Part shown: positions 1 to 9,459 of the stretch, piece after piece
Layout: each line of letters begins with the position of its first letter
How positions within the stretch are numbered: the first letter of the stretch is position 1
Position numbers and translations under genes: made by a program
The notes under the pieces: generated by a model
What the model was told of the DNA's origin: nothing
Databases searched by the model: none
The model's input: only the letters and a program-made list of their open reading frames with translations
Assembly: GCA_913062815.1 (NCBI GenBank)
Contig: CAJXWZ010000003.1
Location: 39,919 to 103,918 of the forward strand
Length of the DNA: 64,000 bases
Reading direction: 5' to 3'
DNA from: an uncultured Colwellia sp.
GTDB lineage: Bacteria > Pseudomonadota > Gammaproteobacteria > Enterobacterales > Alteromonadaceae

Positions 1-173
1 TGTTACCAAGACTATTTCTTTAATACCAGCTGCAACACATTCATCAACAATGTATTGAATCAACGGTTTATCAACAATGGGTAACATTTCTTTTGGGATA
101 GCTTTTGTTGCAGGTAACATTCGAGTACCAAGCCCTGCAACGGGTATTACGGCTTTTTTATGCTATTTTTCAA
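1..173 (-). CDS. galU: UTP--glucose-1-phosphate uridylyltransferase, 5' part (runs off window); start codon is out of frame with the coding body
   Basis: Not in the ORF track. Minus-strand frame 159->1 reads [53 protein letters not shown], the GalU N-terminus. SD AGGAGG (187-182) precedes TTG at 173, but that frame stops after MKNSIKKP; the body frame has TAG at 165-163. Confidence 0.9.
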
Positions 174-190
174 GTTTCAGACCTCCTTAT

Positions 191-2119
191 TTACAAACTT
201 TTCTCTTTAGCATTCCAGACTAGATCACATATACCGTCTTTAGGAACAAAGCCTGTTGGTGCTTGCAATAACAATCGCCTAATTCCTTCATGATCAAACT
301 GATGACAGGCTTCATCAAGCTTAATTAAAATATTATCAAGTTCTTCCCATGGCAGCCAACTTTCATGAGCAGACATAATACGTCGATGTTCAGTTTGCGT
401 AATGTCATCACCAATTAATAACTCTTCAAATAACTTTTCACCTGGGCGAAGGCCGGTATACTTAATAGCAACATCTCCATCGGGATTTGAGTCATCTGCC
501 ACTGTCATGCCACTTAAACGAATCATTTTGGCCGCTAAATCAGAAATTTTAACAGGGTCTCCCATATCTAAAACAAACACATCGCCACCTTTGCCCATAG
601 CACCGGCTTGTATTACTAATTGTGATGCTTCAGGAATAGTCATAAAATAACGAATGATTTCAGGGTGAGTTACAGTGACAGGTCCACCCTGCTTGATTTG
701 CTCTCTAAACAACGGCACAACCGAGCCAGACGACCCCAAGACATTGCCAAACCGAACCATACAAAACCTTGTTTTACCACGAGACTGTAACGTTTTATCA
801 GATAATGCTTGAAGAACCAATTCTGCCATCCTTTTCGTTGTGCCCATGACATTGGTTGGTCTTACGGCTTTATCCGTTGATATCAAAACAAAAGTTTCAA
901 TTTGTGCTTCTATTGCCGCTTCAGCGGCAAATAAGGTGCCAAAAACATTATTTCGAACACCCTCAATAACATTGTGTTCAACTACAGGTACATGCTTATA
1001 TGCAGCAGCATGATAAACAGTTTGTACCGAAAAAGTACGCATAATAGTCAAAAGTCTATTTTTATGCTGAACTGAGCCTAACAAGGGAACAATGGTTAAA
1101 TCGTAAGTTAGCTCATCAGCCAATTTTTGTAACTCACCATTAATTTTGTACAAAGCAAATTCTGAAAGCTCCATTAGAATTACTTTTTTCGGTTGCTGGC
1201 TAATGATTTGTCGACAAATCTCTGAGCCAATTGAACCTCCAGCTCCTGTAATCATGACAACTTTATCTTTTATATTTGCTTGTAGTAATTCAACATTAGG
1301 TTTTACTGAATCACGCCCTAACAACTCGTTTATAGAGACTTCATGCAGTTCATCGATTTTTGCCTTGCCACCGACTAAATCTGCAGAGCTTGGAATAGAT
1401 AATATTTCTACCGAGAAATTTTCTAGACTACTTAATACACGCGCCACTCTCTTTTTGCTTTCACGAGGCATTGCCAGTAACACTCTTTTAACCGAATATT
1501 TAGCTATTAAATCACTAACTTGGTTACGGTTAAAAACGGTCAAGCCTTGTATACTACTTTTTTGAATGCGCTTATCGTCATCAATAAAAGCAACAGGAGA
1601 ATAGGCGTGCCCTTGTACTAATGATTGAGCCAACTGCCTTCCTGCTGATCCCGCGCCATAAATAATAACGGGTTCTTTTTTGTTTTTCTGAGTATCTAAT
1701 AATATAACCCTAACAACTAAACGGCTACCGCCGACAAGAATCACAAGAAATGCAGCAAAAGCAATAGGAACGGTTCTGGGTAATGGAATACTGGAATAGT
1801 AAGATACAAAAACCAAAGCGAGTGTAGTAAAAGCAACGGCTAAGCCAATTGACTTAGCCGCCTTAGTACTAATATAACGTATAACAGCCCGGTAAAGTCC
1901 TAAGCGTACATTTATTAGCAAAGTCAAAGGGATTAACGCAGCCAGTAAAAACCAATAATCTAGGTTTTTAAAAATATCAGAAGTATCAAATCTTACGATT
2001 AATGCACTCCAGAATGCTAGAGTAACAAAAAACAGATCTGCAAAAATACCAACAATGCGTTTAACTGGACGAGGAGCTCTGAACAATAGTTCAAAAGATG
2101 ATTTTGTGAAACGTATCAT
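191..2119 (-). CDS. UDP-GlcNAc 4,6-dehydratase, PglF/WbpM/CapD (Gdr) family
   Basis: 642 aa; N-terminal TM helices, GAGSAG and TGAGGSIGSE NAD motifs, HAAAYKHVP, STDKAVRPTNVMG, VRFGNVLGSSGSV. Confidence 0.93.
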   Translation of the reverse strand: MIRFTKSSFELLFRAPRPVKRIVGIFADLFFVTLAFWSALIVRFDTSDIFKNLDYWFLLAALIPLTLLINVRLGLYRAVIRYISTKAAKSIGLAVAFTTLALVFVSYYSSIPLPRTVPIAFAAFLVILVGGSRLVVRVILLDTQKNKKEPVIIYGAGSAGRQLAQSLVQGHAYSPVAFIDDDKRIQKSSIQGLTVFNRNQVSDLIAKYSVKRVLLAMPRESKKRVARVLSSLENFSVEILSIPSSADLVGGKAKIDELHEVSINELLGRDSVKPNVELLQANIKDKVVMITGAGGSIGSEICRQIISQQPKKVILMELSEFALYKINGELQKLADELTYDLTIVPLLGSVQHKNRLLTIMRTFSVQTVYHAAAYKHVPVVEHNVIEGVRNNVFGTLFAAEAAIEAQIETFVLISTDKAVRPTNVMGTTKRMAELVLQALSDKTLQSRGKTRFCMVRFGNVLGSSGSVVPLFREQIKQGGPVTVTHPEIIRYFMTIPEASQLVIQAGAMGKGGDVFVLDMGDPVKISDLAAKMIRLSGMTVADDSNPDGDVAIKYTGLRPGEKLFEELLIGDDITQTEHRRIMSAHESWLPWEELDNILIKLDEACHQFDHEGIRRLLLQAPTGFVPKDGICDLVWNAKEKSL

Positions 2120-2191
2120 TTGGTATGCTAGATCCTAACGTTACCGTATAAACTGCAGATTATACACTACTTTAATATATTAACTGTAGTA

Positions 2192-3394
2192 TTAGTTTTT
2201 ATTTGAACAAGCACTTGCTAAAACATTTTCTATTACTGAGCACATTAGGGTTATTTCAGCTAGCGTCAGTGTCGGGTGCACCAAAAACATCAAGCTTGTT
2301 TCACCTAAAATCTTTGCTACAGGCAGCGGATTTTCTGGCCGAAAGTTGGTATTGTCAAAGGCTTTTTCTAAGTACACTTCAGAGCATGACCCTTGAAAAC
2401 ATGGTACGCCTAGAGCATTAACTTCATTGACAATACGGTCACGATCCCATGATTCACTGAGTCTATCTGTATTCACAAACGCATAATATTTATATTGAGC
2501 GTGTTCGATGTAATCAGGAATATTTACTAACCGGATACAAGAAAACTTAACTAAACTATTTTCGATTAATCGAGCATTATTGTTTCGTTTATCGAACCAA
2601 TCAGGCATTTTCGTTAATTGAATTCTACCGATAGCAGATTGCATCTCAGTTAAACGCCAGTTCGTACCAAAACTTTCGTGTAACCACCGAAAGCCTGGCG
2701 GGTGGCTTTTGTTATAGATAGCATCCCATGATTTGCCATGATCTTTGTAAGCCCACATCTTTTTCCAAAGCGATTCGTTGTTGGTTGTAACCATACCGCC
2801 TTCGCCACCTGTAGACATGATTTTATCCTGGCAAAACGACCAACAACCAATATCTCCAATAGCGCCTACTGCTTGCCCTTTATATTTTGTACCGTGAGCC
2901 TGAGCACAATCTTCAATAACCAATAGTTCATGAGCCTTAGCAAACGACATAATCTCATCCATTTCACAAGGCATTCCCGCTAAATGTACACAAATTATTC
3001 CTTTAGTATTTTCACTCAATACCGCTGAAATAGTAGCTGCGGTAATATTTTGGCTATTGAAATCAACATCAGCAAAGACTGGGGTAGCACCTGCAGTCAC
3101 AATAGAGCTTGCCGAAGCTAGAAAGGTTCTCGAAGTAACAATAACTTCATCAGAAGAACAGCCTCCATTTCTTGCTCCAATATTTAAGGCAACTAAGGCT
3201 AAATCTAATGCTAAAGTTCCATTAGCAACGGCAATAGCATGCTTAGAGTCAGAAAAGTGGGCAAACTCTTTTTCAAATTCACGGCCTTCTTGCCCGGTCC
3301 AATAATTGACTTTGTTCGATAAAAGTACACGCGAAGCCGCATTGGCTTCTTCTTCACTAAAGCTTGGCCAAGGTGAAAACTTTGTATTTAACAT
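2192..3394 (-). CDS. DegT/DnrJ PLP sugar aminotransferase (PglE/QhbB-like)
   Basis: 400 aa; IEDCAQAHG, SFCQDK(IMSTGGEGG) PLP lysine; N-terminus PWPSFSEEEA...SNKVNYWTG is typical of the QhbB-like subgroup. Confidence 0.92.
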   Translation of the reverse strand: MLNTKFSPWPSFSEEEANAASRVLLSNKVNYWTGQEGREFEKEFAHFSDSKHAIAVANGTLALDLALVALNIGARNGGCSSDEVIVTSRTFLASASSIVTAGATPVFADVDFNSQNITAATISAVLSENTKGIICVHLAGMPCEMDEIMSFAKAHELLVIEDCAQAHGTKYKGQAVGAIGDIGCWSFCQDKIMSTGGEGGMVTTNNESLWKKMWAYKDHGKSWDAIYNKSHPPGFRWLHESFGTNWRLTEMQSAIGRIQLTKMPDWFDKRNNNARLIENSLVKFSCIRLVNIPDYIEHAQYKYYAFVNTDRLSESWDRDRIVNEVNALGVPCFQGSCSEVYLEKAFDNTNFRPENPLPVAKILGETSLMFLVHPTLTLAEITLMCSVIENVLASACSNKN

Positions 3395-3412
3395 TTTACG
3401 GAAATCCTTAAG

Positions 3413-4030
3413 TTATTTTTTTATTAATGCTGGAGAGCCTACAGCAGTCACATTAGCGGGAATATTTTCTAACACCGTAGAGTTTGCGCCTATAATAGTA
3501 TTAGTGCCTATTTCAACACCTTGTTTGGTTACAGAGCCAATCCCCAGCCAACTGAAAGCGTTCACTTTAGTATTTCCGGCAAGGGCGACATTTGGACTAA
3601 GGTGAACAGCCTCTTCCAAAATACAATCATGCTCAACAACCGCAGCGGTATTAATAATGCAGTTTTGTGCAACTTTTGCAAAAGCATTGACTACCACATT
3701 TGCTAACACAGCACTGCCTGAAGCAATACTAGCATATTGACTAATCACGGCTGAAGGATGAATTAACACGGGCAAGGTAAAACCGTGCGCTTGAAGTTGA
3801 TTGGCAAGTTTAGCACGAATTGCATTATTACCAATGGCAACAAACACAGAAGGAAAGGCATCAGGTTGAGCAAATAAGTCGTCAAATGAGCCAAGTACTG
3901 CCCAGTGTTCTAAATGTGTTTTTTCTGGAAATGCATCATCAAAAAAAAAGACTTGATAACCACAAGCTTCAGCTAAATCAGCAATTACTTTACCATGGCC
4001 ACTGGCACCCACTACCGCGATCTTTTTCAT
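3413..4030 (-). CDS. Sugar N-acyltransferase, PglD/NeuD family (hexapeptide repeats)
   Basis: 205 aa; GASGHGKV, FVAIGNNAIR, LIHPSA, hexapeptide repeats, VGSPA C-terminus. Confidence 0.9.
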   Translation of the reverse strand: MKKIAVVGASGHGKVIADLAEACGYQVFFFDDAFPEKTHLEHWAVLGSFDDLFAQPDAFPSVFVAIGNNAIRAKLANQLQAHGFTLPVLIHPSAVISQYASIASGSAVLANVVVNAFAKVAQNCIINTAAVVEHDCILEEAVHLSPNVALAGNTKVNAFSWLGIGSVTKQGVEIGTNTIIGANSTVLENIPANVTAVGSPALIKK

Positions 4031-4137
4031 ACTTAATTAATTTCTTATACCGAGTGTTTAATAGCGCTTAAGTTATTTAAGACATTATATTTAAAGCTGT
4101 GATGGATTATATCAATTTAATCAACTAAATAACTAGC

Positions 4138-4167
4138 AAAAAAAAAGAGCACCTAAGTGCTCTTTTT
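4138..4167 (-). terminator. Intrinsic terminator after the putative S-layer gene (possibly bidirectional)
   Basis: Stem GAGCAC(4147-52)/GTGCTC(4157-62), 4-nt loop, flanked by A9 (U9 on the minus strand) and T5. Confidence 0.85.
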
Positions 4168-4213
4168 ATAATTAACGGTAATAGTTATTTCATAACTATA
4201 TTGTTAATTAAGC

Positions 4214-5956
4214 TTATTGCCATACACGGCTAGCTTTACAAGACTCAGTTACACCACCACCGTTTGCATCATTATTAGTAACAGTTGATGTACAAACTTC
4301 ATTGATGTTGTAAAGAACAGGTGCATCAGCACGTGAGTCTGGAGACTTGTTCTGTACCGCTAGGTGAACACTGTTTTGTGGAGCAACAACAGTAAACGTA
4401 ACACCAAAGTGGAAGTTTTCAGCCGCATCTAACGTGTTAGCTGTTTGCGCGTTGATTGCAGTAACAATATCAGAGCCTAAGAAAGCAGCTTGACCTTGTG
4501 AATCAACAGTACCTAAAGATACGTTAGTGAACTCAGTTCCAGTTGGAACAACTGACATACCAGTAGTTGCATTATAAACTACAACATCCATACGGATATC
4601 AGCAGCAGTACCTGTAGTAGACTCATTAGTAAATTTCATTACTGAAGTCCAACCAGCAGAGTTAATGCTATAAACGTAAGGAACTTTGGCTTGCATGCCG
4701 TTAATTCCCCATGTATGTGAAGTAGTATCAGCAACTACTGTAAACGAAGCAACGTCTACTGGTTCGCCATCTGATTGATCGGCATCAATAGTTAAAGTAG
4801 CTTTCCAATCACCTGTTGCTAGTACAGCAGGAGATGCAGCATTAACTGTTGTATTATCAGTAGTGTTTACAAAGATTTCTACATCGTTAGATACTAATAA
4901 GTCATCTGCAACCATGTTTGATGCTAAAGACCAGCTTGTATCTGTAGTTGAAGCAGTTAGGTCAGTAGCACCTAATTCTACGTCAGTTACACCTTGGTCG
5001 CCTTCAGTACGATCAATAGTTAATACGTAAGTATCAGTCGCATCATCAAGAACCCAAGTATATTCAGCTGTATTCGTTAAGATAGCTTTAGCTTCTGATT
5101 CAACAACAGAAGGAGTATCGCCACCAGCTTCAACAACAAAACCACCACGTGATAACGTAGCATTTTCAACATCAATGATAGAATCAGCAACAGTTGTGAA
5201 TGTGAATGATAAACCGTCTACTAACTCAACAGCATCTGCTACATTAGTTAAAGGTGCTGTTAAGTCATTTGATGAATCATCTTTTGCGCCAGTTACTTGA
5301 GCAGTAACGATAGTACCGTTAGCTGAACCGTCTGGAACGATAAAAGAAGGTAAATCAGTTGCAGCGAAAGTAGCAGCAGTAAACAATTGAATTAACGTAT
5401 CAGCAGGAACTGGGTCAGTATCAGCGCCAACTGTGTTTGCAGCACCGGCATCTGTACGAGTATAACTAGCGGCTGCTAAAGTATTACCAGTATCAACTAA
5501 GAATTTTAATTGTGAGTAGTAATTAGTAGCATCGCCAGATGCAACTTCTGTGAAATCAGAAAGTGTTGCAACTTGAACCCAAGCATCATTAGTTTCATCA
5601 TAGATTGCTAAGAACATAGTCGCATCAGGTACTAAACCACCATTAGCAAAATCTACGATTAGTGATGAACCTTGCGATAACGCAACAGCTGGAGTGTAAA
5701 CAACAGCACGGTCAGTTGCACCAACACCAGGGTTATTTGACACATCGTAATCAACAGCAGCTGAATCAGCAGCAAAAAAACGATATTCCGCATCAATTTT
5801 CTTACCCATTGCTGCAGTAGCAGTCAAATCAACATTTGCTGTTTCTGGAGAATCCGCATGATCTACAATTGCAAGTGATGAACTAGCAGCTATTGCACTA
5901 CCAGCTGTTAAACTACCTAAAACAGCTAGCGCTAGGATAGATTTATTAAGTTTCAT
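4214..5956 (-). CDS. Secreted acidic Ala/Thr/Asp/Val-rich protein, putative S-layer protein and T2SS substrate
   Basis: 580 aa; Sec signal MKLNKSILALAVLGSLTAGSAIA; few basic residues; C-terminal WGINGMQAKVPYV...VMKFTNES segment recalling Slr4-type S-layer proteins (from memory); codons skewed to GCT/ACT/GTA/GAT; AGGA SD; own promoter and terminator; directly after gspD. Confidence 0.7.
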   Translation of the reverse strand: MKLNKSILALAVLGSLTAGSAIAASSSLAIVDHADSPETANVDLTATAAMGKKIDAEYRFFAADSAAVDYDVSNNPGVGATDRAVVYTPAVALSQGSSLIVDFANGGLVPDATMFLAIYDETNDAWVQVATLSDFTEVASGDATNYYSQLKFLVDTGNTLAAASYTRTDAGAANTVGADTDPVPADTLIQLFTAATFAATDLPSFIVPDGSANGTIVTAQVTGAKDDSSNDLTAPLTNVADAVELVDGLSFTFTTVADSIIDVENATLSRGGFVVEAGGDTPSVVESEAKAILTNTAEYTWVLDDATDTYVLTIDRTEGDQGVTDVELGATDLTASTTDTSWSLASNMVADDLLVSNDVEIFVNTTDNTTVNAASPAVLATGDWKATLTIDADQSDGEPVDVASFTVVADTTSHTWGINGMQAKVPYVYSINSAGWTSVMKFTNESTTGTAADIRMDVVVYNATTGMSVVPTGTEFTNVSLGTVDSQGQAAFLGSDIVTAINAQTANTLDAAENFHFGVTFTVVAPQNSVHLAVQNKSPDSRADAPVLYNINEVCTSTVTNNDANGGGVTESCKASRVWQ

Positions 5957-6069
5957 TTTATTTCCTATATATTTAATTTATAAATTAATGAACATTTTAT
6001 TTTTGAGCAAAACCTTTGCCCTAGGTCTCGAGACAAGACAAAGGTTTCACACAGGTTCGTTCAAACAAG

Positions 6070-6098
6070 ATTTGAACAAAAAACAAATACCTTGTCAA
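6070..6098 (-). promoter_or_regulatory. Candidate sigma70 promoter of the S-layer gene
   Basis: TTGACA (6098-6093), 17-nt spacer ending TGT (extended -10), then TCAAAT (6075-6070); overlapped by inverted repeat GTTCAAA-N5-TTTGAAC (6059-6077). Confidence 0.5.
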
Positions 6099-6346
6099 CT
6101 CTTTAATATTATTCCGATATTTTTTATTCTTAGAGTGAATAATATTATCTAAATCATGCGAAACTTCAGTTTACAAGTTTCCTTACAATTTAACTAAAGA
6201 TAATAACGAAATATTACTGGACTGATTAAACCACTTAGATCAAAGGGAAACAAGTACTTAATGATAAAAAAACTATCTTCTGGCTGTTTTTTAGACTATA
6301 CAGCTTAATTTAGCGCAAAATACCATCACTTTATCTGTATTGATGG

Positions 6347-8416
6347 TTAATTAAATTGTATTTCTGTAGCGCTACCTGAATAATCTTTAATTAAATTATC
6401 AATATCATCACCATCACTGAGCACTTTAGGAGTAAGTAATATAATCAATTCTGAGCGGGTTTTATCTTCACTTTTACTCAAAAATAAATTCCCTATAAAA
6501 GGTAAATCTTTAAAAAAGGGTACGCCGCTATCATTGACACTTCTATCTTCTTGAATTAAACCGCCGAGTACAATTGTTTGACCACTACGCGCCAACACTG
6601 TTGTTGTAATGGTCCGGTCTGAAATAATAGGCGAGCTTATATCCGATAAATTATTCGCAAGCGCTGATGAGACCGTTTGTGCTACATTCAATGACACTAC
6701 ACCTTTGCCACTAATGGTTGGGGTAACACTGAGTGAAACACCCGTAGAGCTATATTGTACCGACTGAATTATCGTATCAGCATCGCCGTTAGAGTTAGAG
6801 CTTTGTTGGGTTAAAATAGGTACTTGTTGACCAACATTTAATGATGCCGACTCGCCATTTTTCACCACAATACGCGGGTTAGATAAAATGTTTACCCGAC
6901 TTTCAGTTTCTAGTAACTGTAAAACTACCGAGTAATCTACATTCGCTAGACTGAAGGTTAAGCCTTTGTCCATTGTTAGTTGTCTTTGAAAACCGGTATC
7001 ACCCAAATTGTTATTCAAAAACCACTCTATACCTTGCTGATATGAGTCACCTAATGTCACCGAGGCAATTGTGGCTTCAATAACTACTTGTTTAGGCACT
7101 ATATCCATCTGTCGAAGCAGAGGCAAAATTTCATGATATTTTGCTGGGGTAGTATAAAAAACCAAGGCATTTTGATGTGGAGAAATCATCATTGATAACT
7201 CTTCAGTGGCGACTCCTGAACTAGCTGAGCCAGCACTTGCCCCTTTTGTCTGATTGGATCTATTATTGGTAGACGACTGTGATGTAGATTTATTCGATGC
7301 AGGGGAGGTTTGACCATTTTGCAAAGCAATTAGATTGGCAATACTTTCTCCAATGTCCTCAACGTTCGCATTTTCAGGATTAAAGGTATAATAACGTTTT
7401 TTAGAGGTCGGAGACGGCTTATCTAGCACCTTAGTCCAGTAGGCAACTCGATTTAAAATAAGTTCATTAGCGCTGTGCACAATCACAGCATTGCGTTGTA
7501 ACAAAGCAGTAAAAGCTACTCGAGCATTTTTGTGCTCAACATCAATACCCTCTGCTAATAATAGTTCAGTAATTTGAGCAATGAAGTCTTCCACATTTAT
7601 ATAGGTAAACTCATGCAGCCCGATAAATTTATTTTTAACATCAGGTAGGTCAAAAGTATTAATAATCCTTAAAAACTGTCCTACTTCTTTAGCATTACCT
7701 ATTGCTAACACTGCATTGCGCTCGTTTATCCAGCGAGTACGAATATTAATTAACGAGCCTACCACTTGATTTAATGAATCCCAATCGGCATATAATATTG
7801 GCACTAGTTGCGCAATACGTTCATCTGAAGCTGTAGGAATATCACCCTGTTCTCTACCAATACCTAAGCTGAACTTTCCTTTACTACCACTTTGCTTATT
7901 TACAAAGAAAAACAACACTGAGTCACGAGAATCGAACTGAACTTTACTTTTAGCGAGTAACTCTGTAGAAAGCGAGTAAAGTTTTTGCTGGCTCACTTTT
8001 TCTTGCAAATTAAGCGTCATGGTTTCGTTAGTTAATTTTGAAATAGACTCGTCAAGTACATAACTCAAACCAAGATGTTCACCATAAACTAAATGAATAA
8101 AATCATTTAATTGCATCTCATTAATGGCTATTTGTATATCTTCATCTGCACTTAATTGGTTAAGTAGCTCATTACTTTTATTCTCAAATATTTTTGCTTG
8201 CTCTTCAGCTTTAATGCCTTCAAGTATCATGTATTTGTCAATAACATCATTCTCTTTAACTGCTTCAGATTGCGACTGTTTTTCTTGTTGTTCGCCATTA
8301 TTTTTTAGCACCGAATTAGGCACATTTAAAACGGACTCATCATGAGTAGCACAACTCGACAAGGCGAAAATTGAAATTAAAAAAAAGGATATTTTACTTA
8401 ACGGCATTGTTTTCAC
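6347..8416 (-). CDS. gspD: Type II secretion secretin, predicted lipoprotein
   Basis: 689 aa; lipobox ALSS-C; N0-N3 domains; secretin motifs QVVIEATIASV, ILSNPRIVVKNGESASLNVGQQVP, TIVLGGLI, VPFFKDLPFIGNLF, RSELIILLTP. Confidence 0.93.
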   Translation of the reverse strand: MKTMPLSKISFFLISIFALSSCATHDESVLNVPNSVLKNNGEQQEKQSQSEAVKENDVIDKYMILEGIKAEEQAKIFENKSNELLNQLSADEDIQIAINEMQLNDFIHLVYGEHLGLSYVLDESISKLTNETMTLNLQEKVSQQKLYSLSTELLAKSKVQFDSRDSVLFFFVNKQSGSKGKFSLGIGREQGDIPTASDERIAQLVPILYADWDSLNQVVGSLINIRTRWINERNAVLAIGNAKEVGQFLRIINTFDLPDVKNKFIGLHEFTYINVEDFIAQITELLLAEGIDVEHKNARVAFTALLQRNAVIVHSANELILNRVAYWTKVLDKPSPTSKKRYYTFNPENANVEDIGESIANLIALQNGQTSPASNKSTSQSSTNNRSNQTKGASAGSASSGVATEELSMMISPHQNALVFYTTPAKYHEILPLLRQMDIVPKQVVIEATIASVTLGDSYQQGIEWFLNNNLGDTGFQRQLTMDKGLTFSLANVDYSVVLQLLETESRVNILSNPRIVVKNGESASLNVGQQVPILTQQSSNSNGDADTIIQSVQYSSTGVSLSVTPTISGKGVVSLNVAQTVSSALANNLSDISSPIISDRTITTTVLARSGQTIVLGGLIQEDRSVNDSGVPFFKDLPFIGNLFLSKSEDKTRSELIILLTPKVLSDGDDIDNLIKDYSGSATEIQFN

Positions 8417-8882
8417 CTGAGTTGAATAAATTTAAGGTATATTTTTGTTCTTTTAGTTCTAGCTCAATAGCTCGAGCACTTATATCAATAATTTTAGCGC
8501 CTAAAACATCTTCACCTTTACTGGCATGATAGTAATGGCCAAAGCCTTCTACGGGGTTTTCTTGTTCCGCTTTGAACGTCGCATACAAAGTATTAGCTTT
8601 TAAACTGATGGCTAACAATCGAATTTTAGTTTGGTCGAAGGAGAGTGTGTCTGATGATAATAAGGCAGTATCTCCTTGTGCTTGATTAAACCCGCCTGAT
8701 TGCGTTGGGAAAATATCAGTCCTAAATTCTACTGCACTTATTTTTGTCGGGAGTGTCACTTTATTATCAAAGTCAACATTATTTTTTAGCTTACCATGAG
8801 CAAAGCTGATATCACTCAATCTCAACACAGTATCTACTATAAGGTAGGCTAGCAATAAAGCTATGATCACTAGCTTATTCAT
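8394..8882 (-). CDS. Bitopic membrane protein, divergent GspC/PilP-like
   Basis: 162 aa; N-terminal TM; C-terminal beta-rich IRLLAIS...KGEDVLGAKIIDISARAIEL resembles a GspC HR domain; located just before the secretin. Confidence 0.5.
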   Translation of the reverse strand: MNKLVIIALLLAYLIVDTVLRLSDISFAHGKLKNNVDFDNKVTLPTKISAVEFRTDIFPTQSGGFNQAQGDTALLSSDTLSFDQTKIRLLAISLKANTLYATFKAEQENPVEGFGHYYHASKGEDVLGAKIIDISARAIELELKEQKYTLNLFNSGENNAVK

Positions 8883-9454
8883 ATAGGCTTCCTTAATTGC
8901 ATCGTTGATATGATTAAGGTCAAATTATATTCATCAGACAAAGAGCCTCGTTTATTAATTCCGCTTAGTCTTAATGATTCTAAATGCCACAAGTTGTCAT
9001 TGTTACTAACCGACTGCAAAAATGATTGCATCAACACACCATTTCCAGAGACATGTATGGTAAGCATGTTTTTATTAAGTAAATCATTTACGAGTACATT
9101 GTCCCATTTGTGACTTACTATTTTTAATTCTTCACTTTCAGCAAGCTCAGTCAACAATTTTAATAATGCTATTTGTGCTAACTCGGTTTTTTCTGGTTTT
9201 AGTAACACCTGTTCAACACTACTAATTTCCGCTTTTAGCTGGCTGGTCAGAGCTAGCAAGTTATCTTGCGCTGCTTGTATTGACGCTGGAGATTTTATTT
9301 GCAAGGAGTTAATGGAGATTTTCTCTAGCCACTCTTCTTGAACGCTCAACAAAGGGAGCGCAATTAATTTTATAAAAAGCAAAAAAGACAGCAAATAAAT
9401 TGCGCCTTCATATTTTATAAAATCAGGGTGTTGTGTAATATTTTTAATATTCAT
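8879..9454 (-). CDS. Divergent GspM/PilO-like protein
   Basis: 191 aa; single TM, coiled coil, ferredoxin-like C-terminus; in the canonical M position. Confidence 0.5.
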   Translation of the reverse strand: MNIKNITQHPDFIKYEGAIYLLSFLLFIKLIALPLLSVQEEWLEKISINSLQIKSPASIQAAQDNLLALTSQLKAEISSVEQVLLKPEKTELAQIALLKLLTELAESEELKIVSHKWDNVLVNDLLNKNMLTIHVSGNGVLMQSFLQSVSNNDNLWHLESLRLSGINKRGSLSDEYNLTLIISTMQLRKPI

Positions 9455-9459
9455 AAAAA

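Noticed and set aside
4214-5956. Campylobacter-type N-glycosylation of the S-layer candidate
   Set aside because: No D/E-x-N-x-S/T sequon and no PglB in the window.
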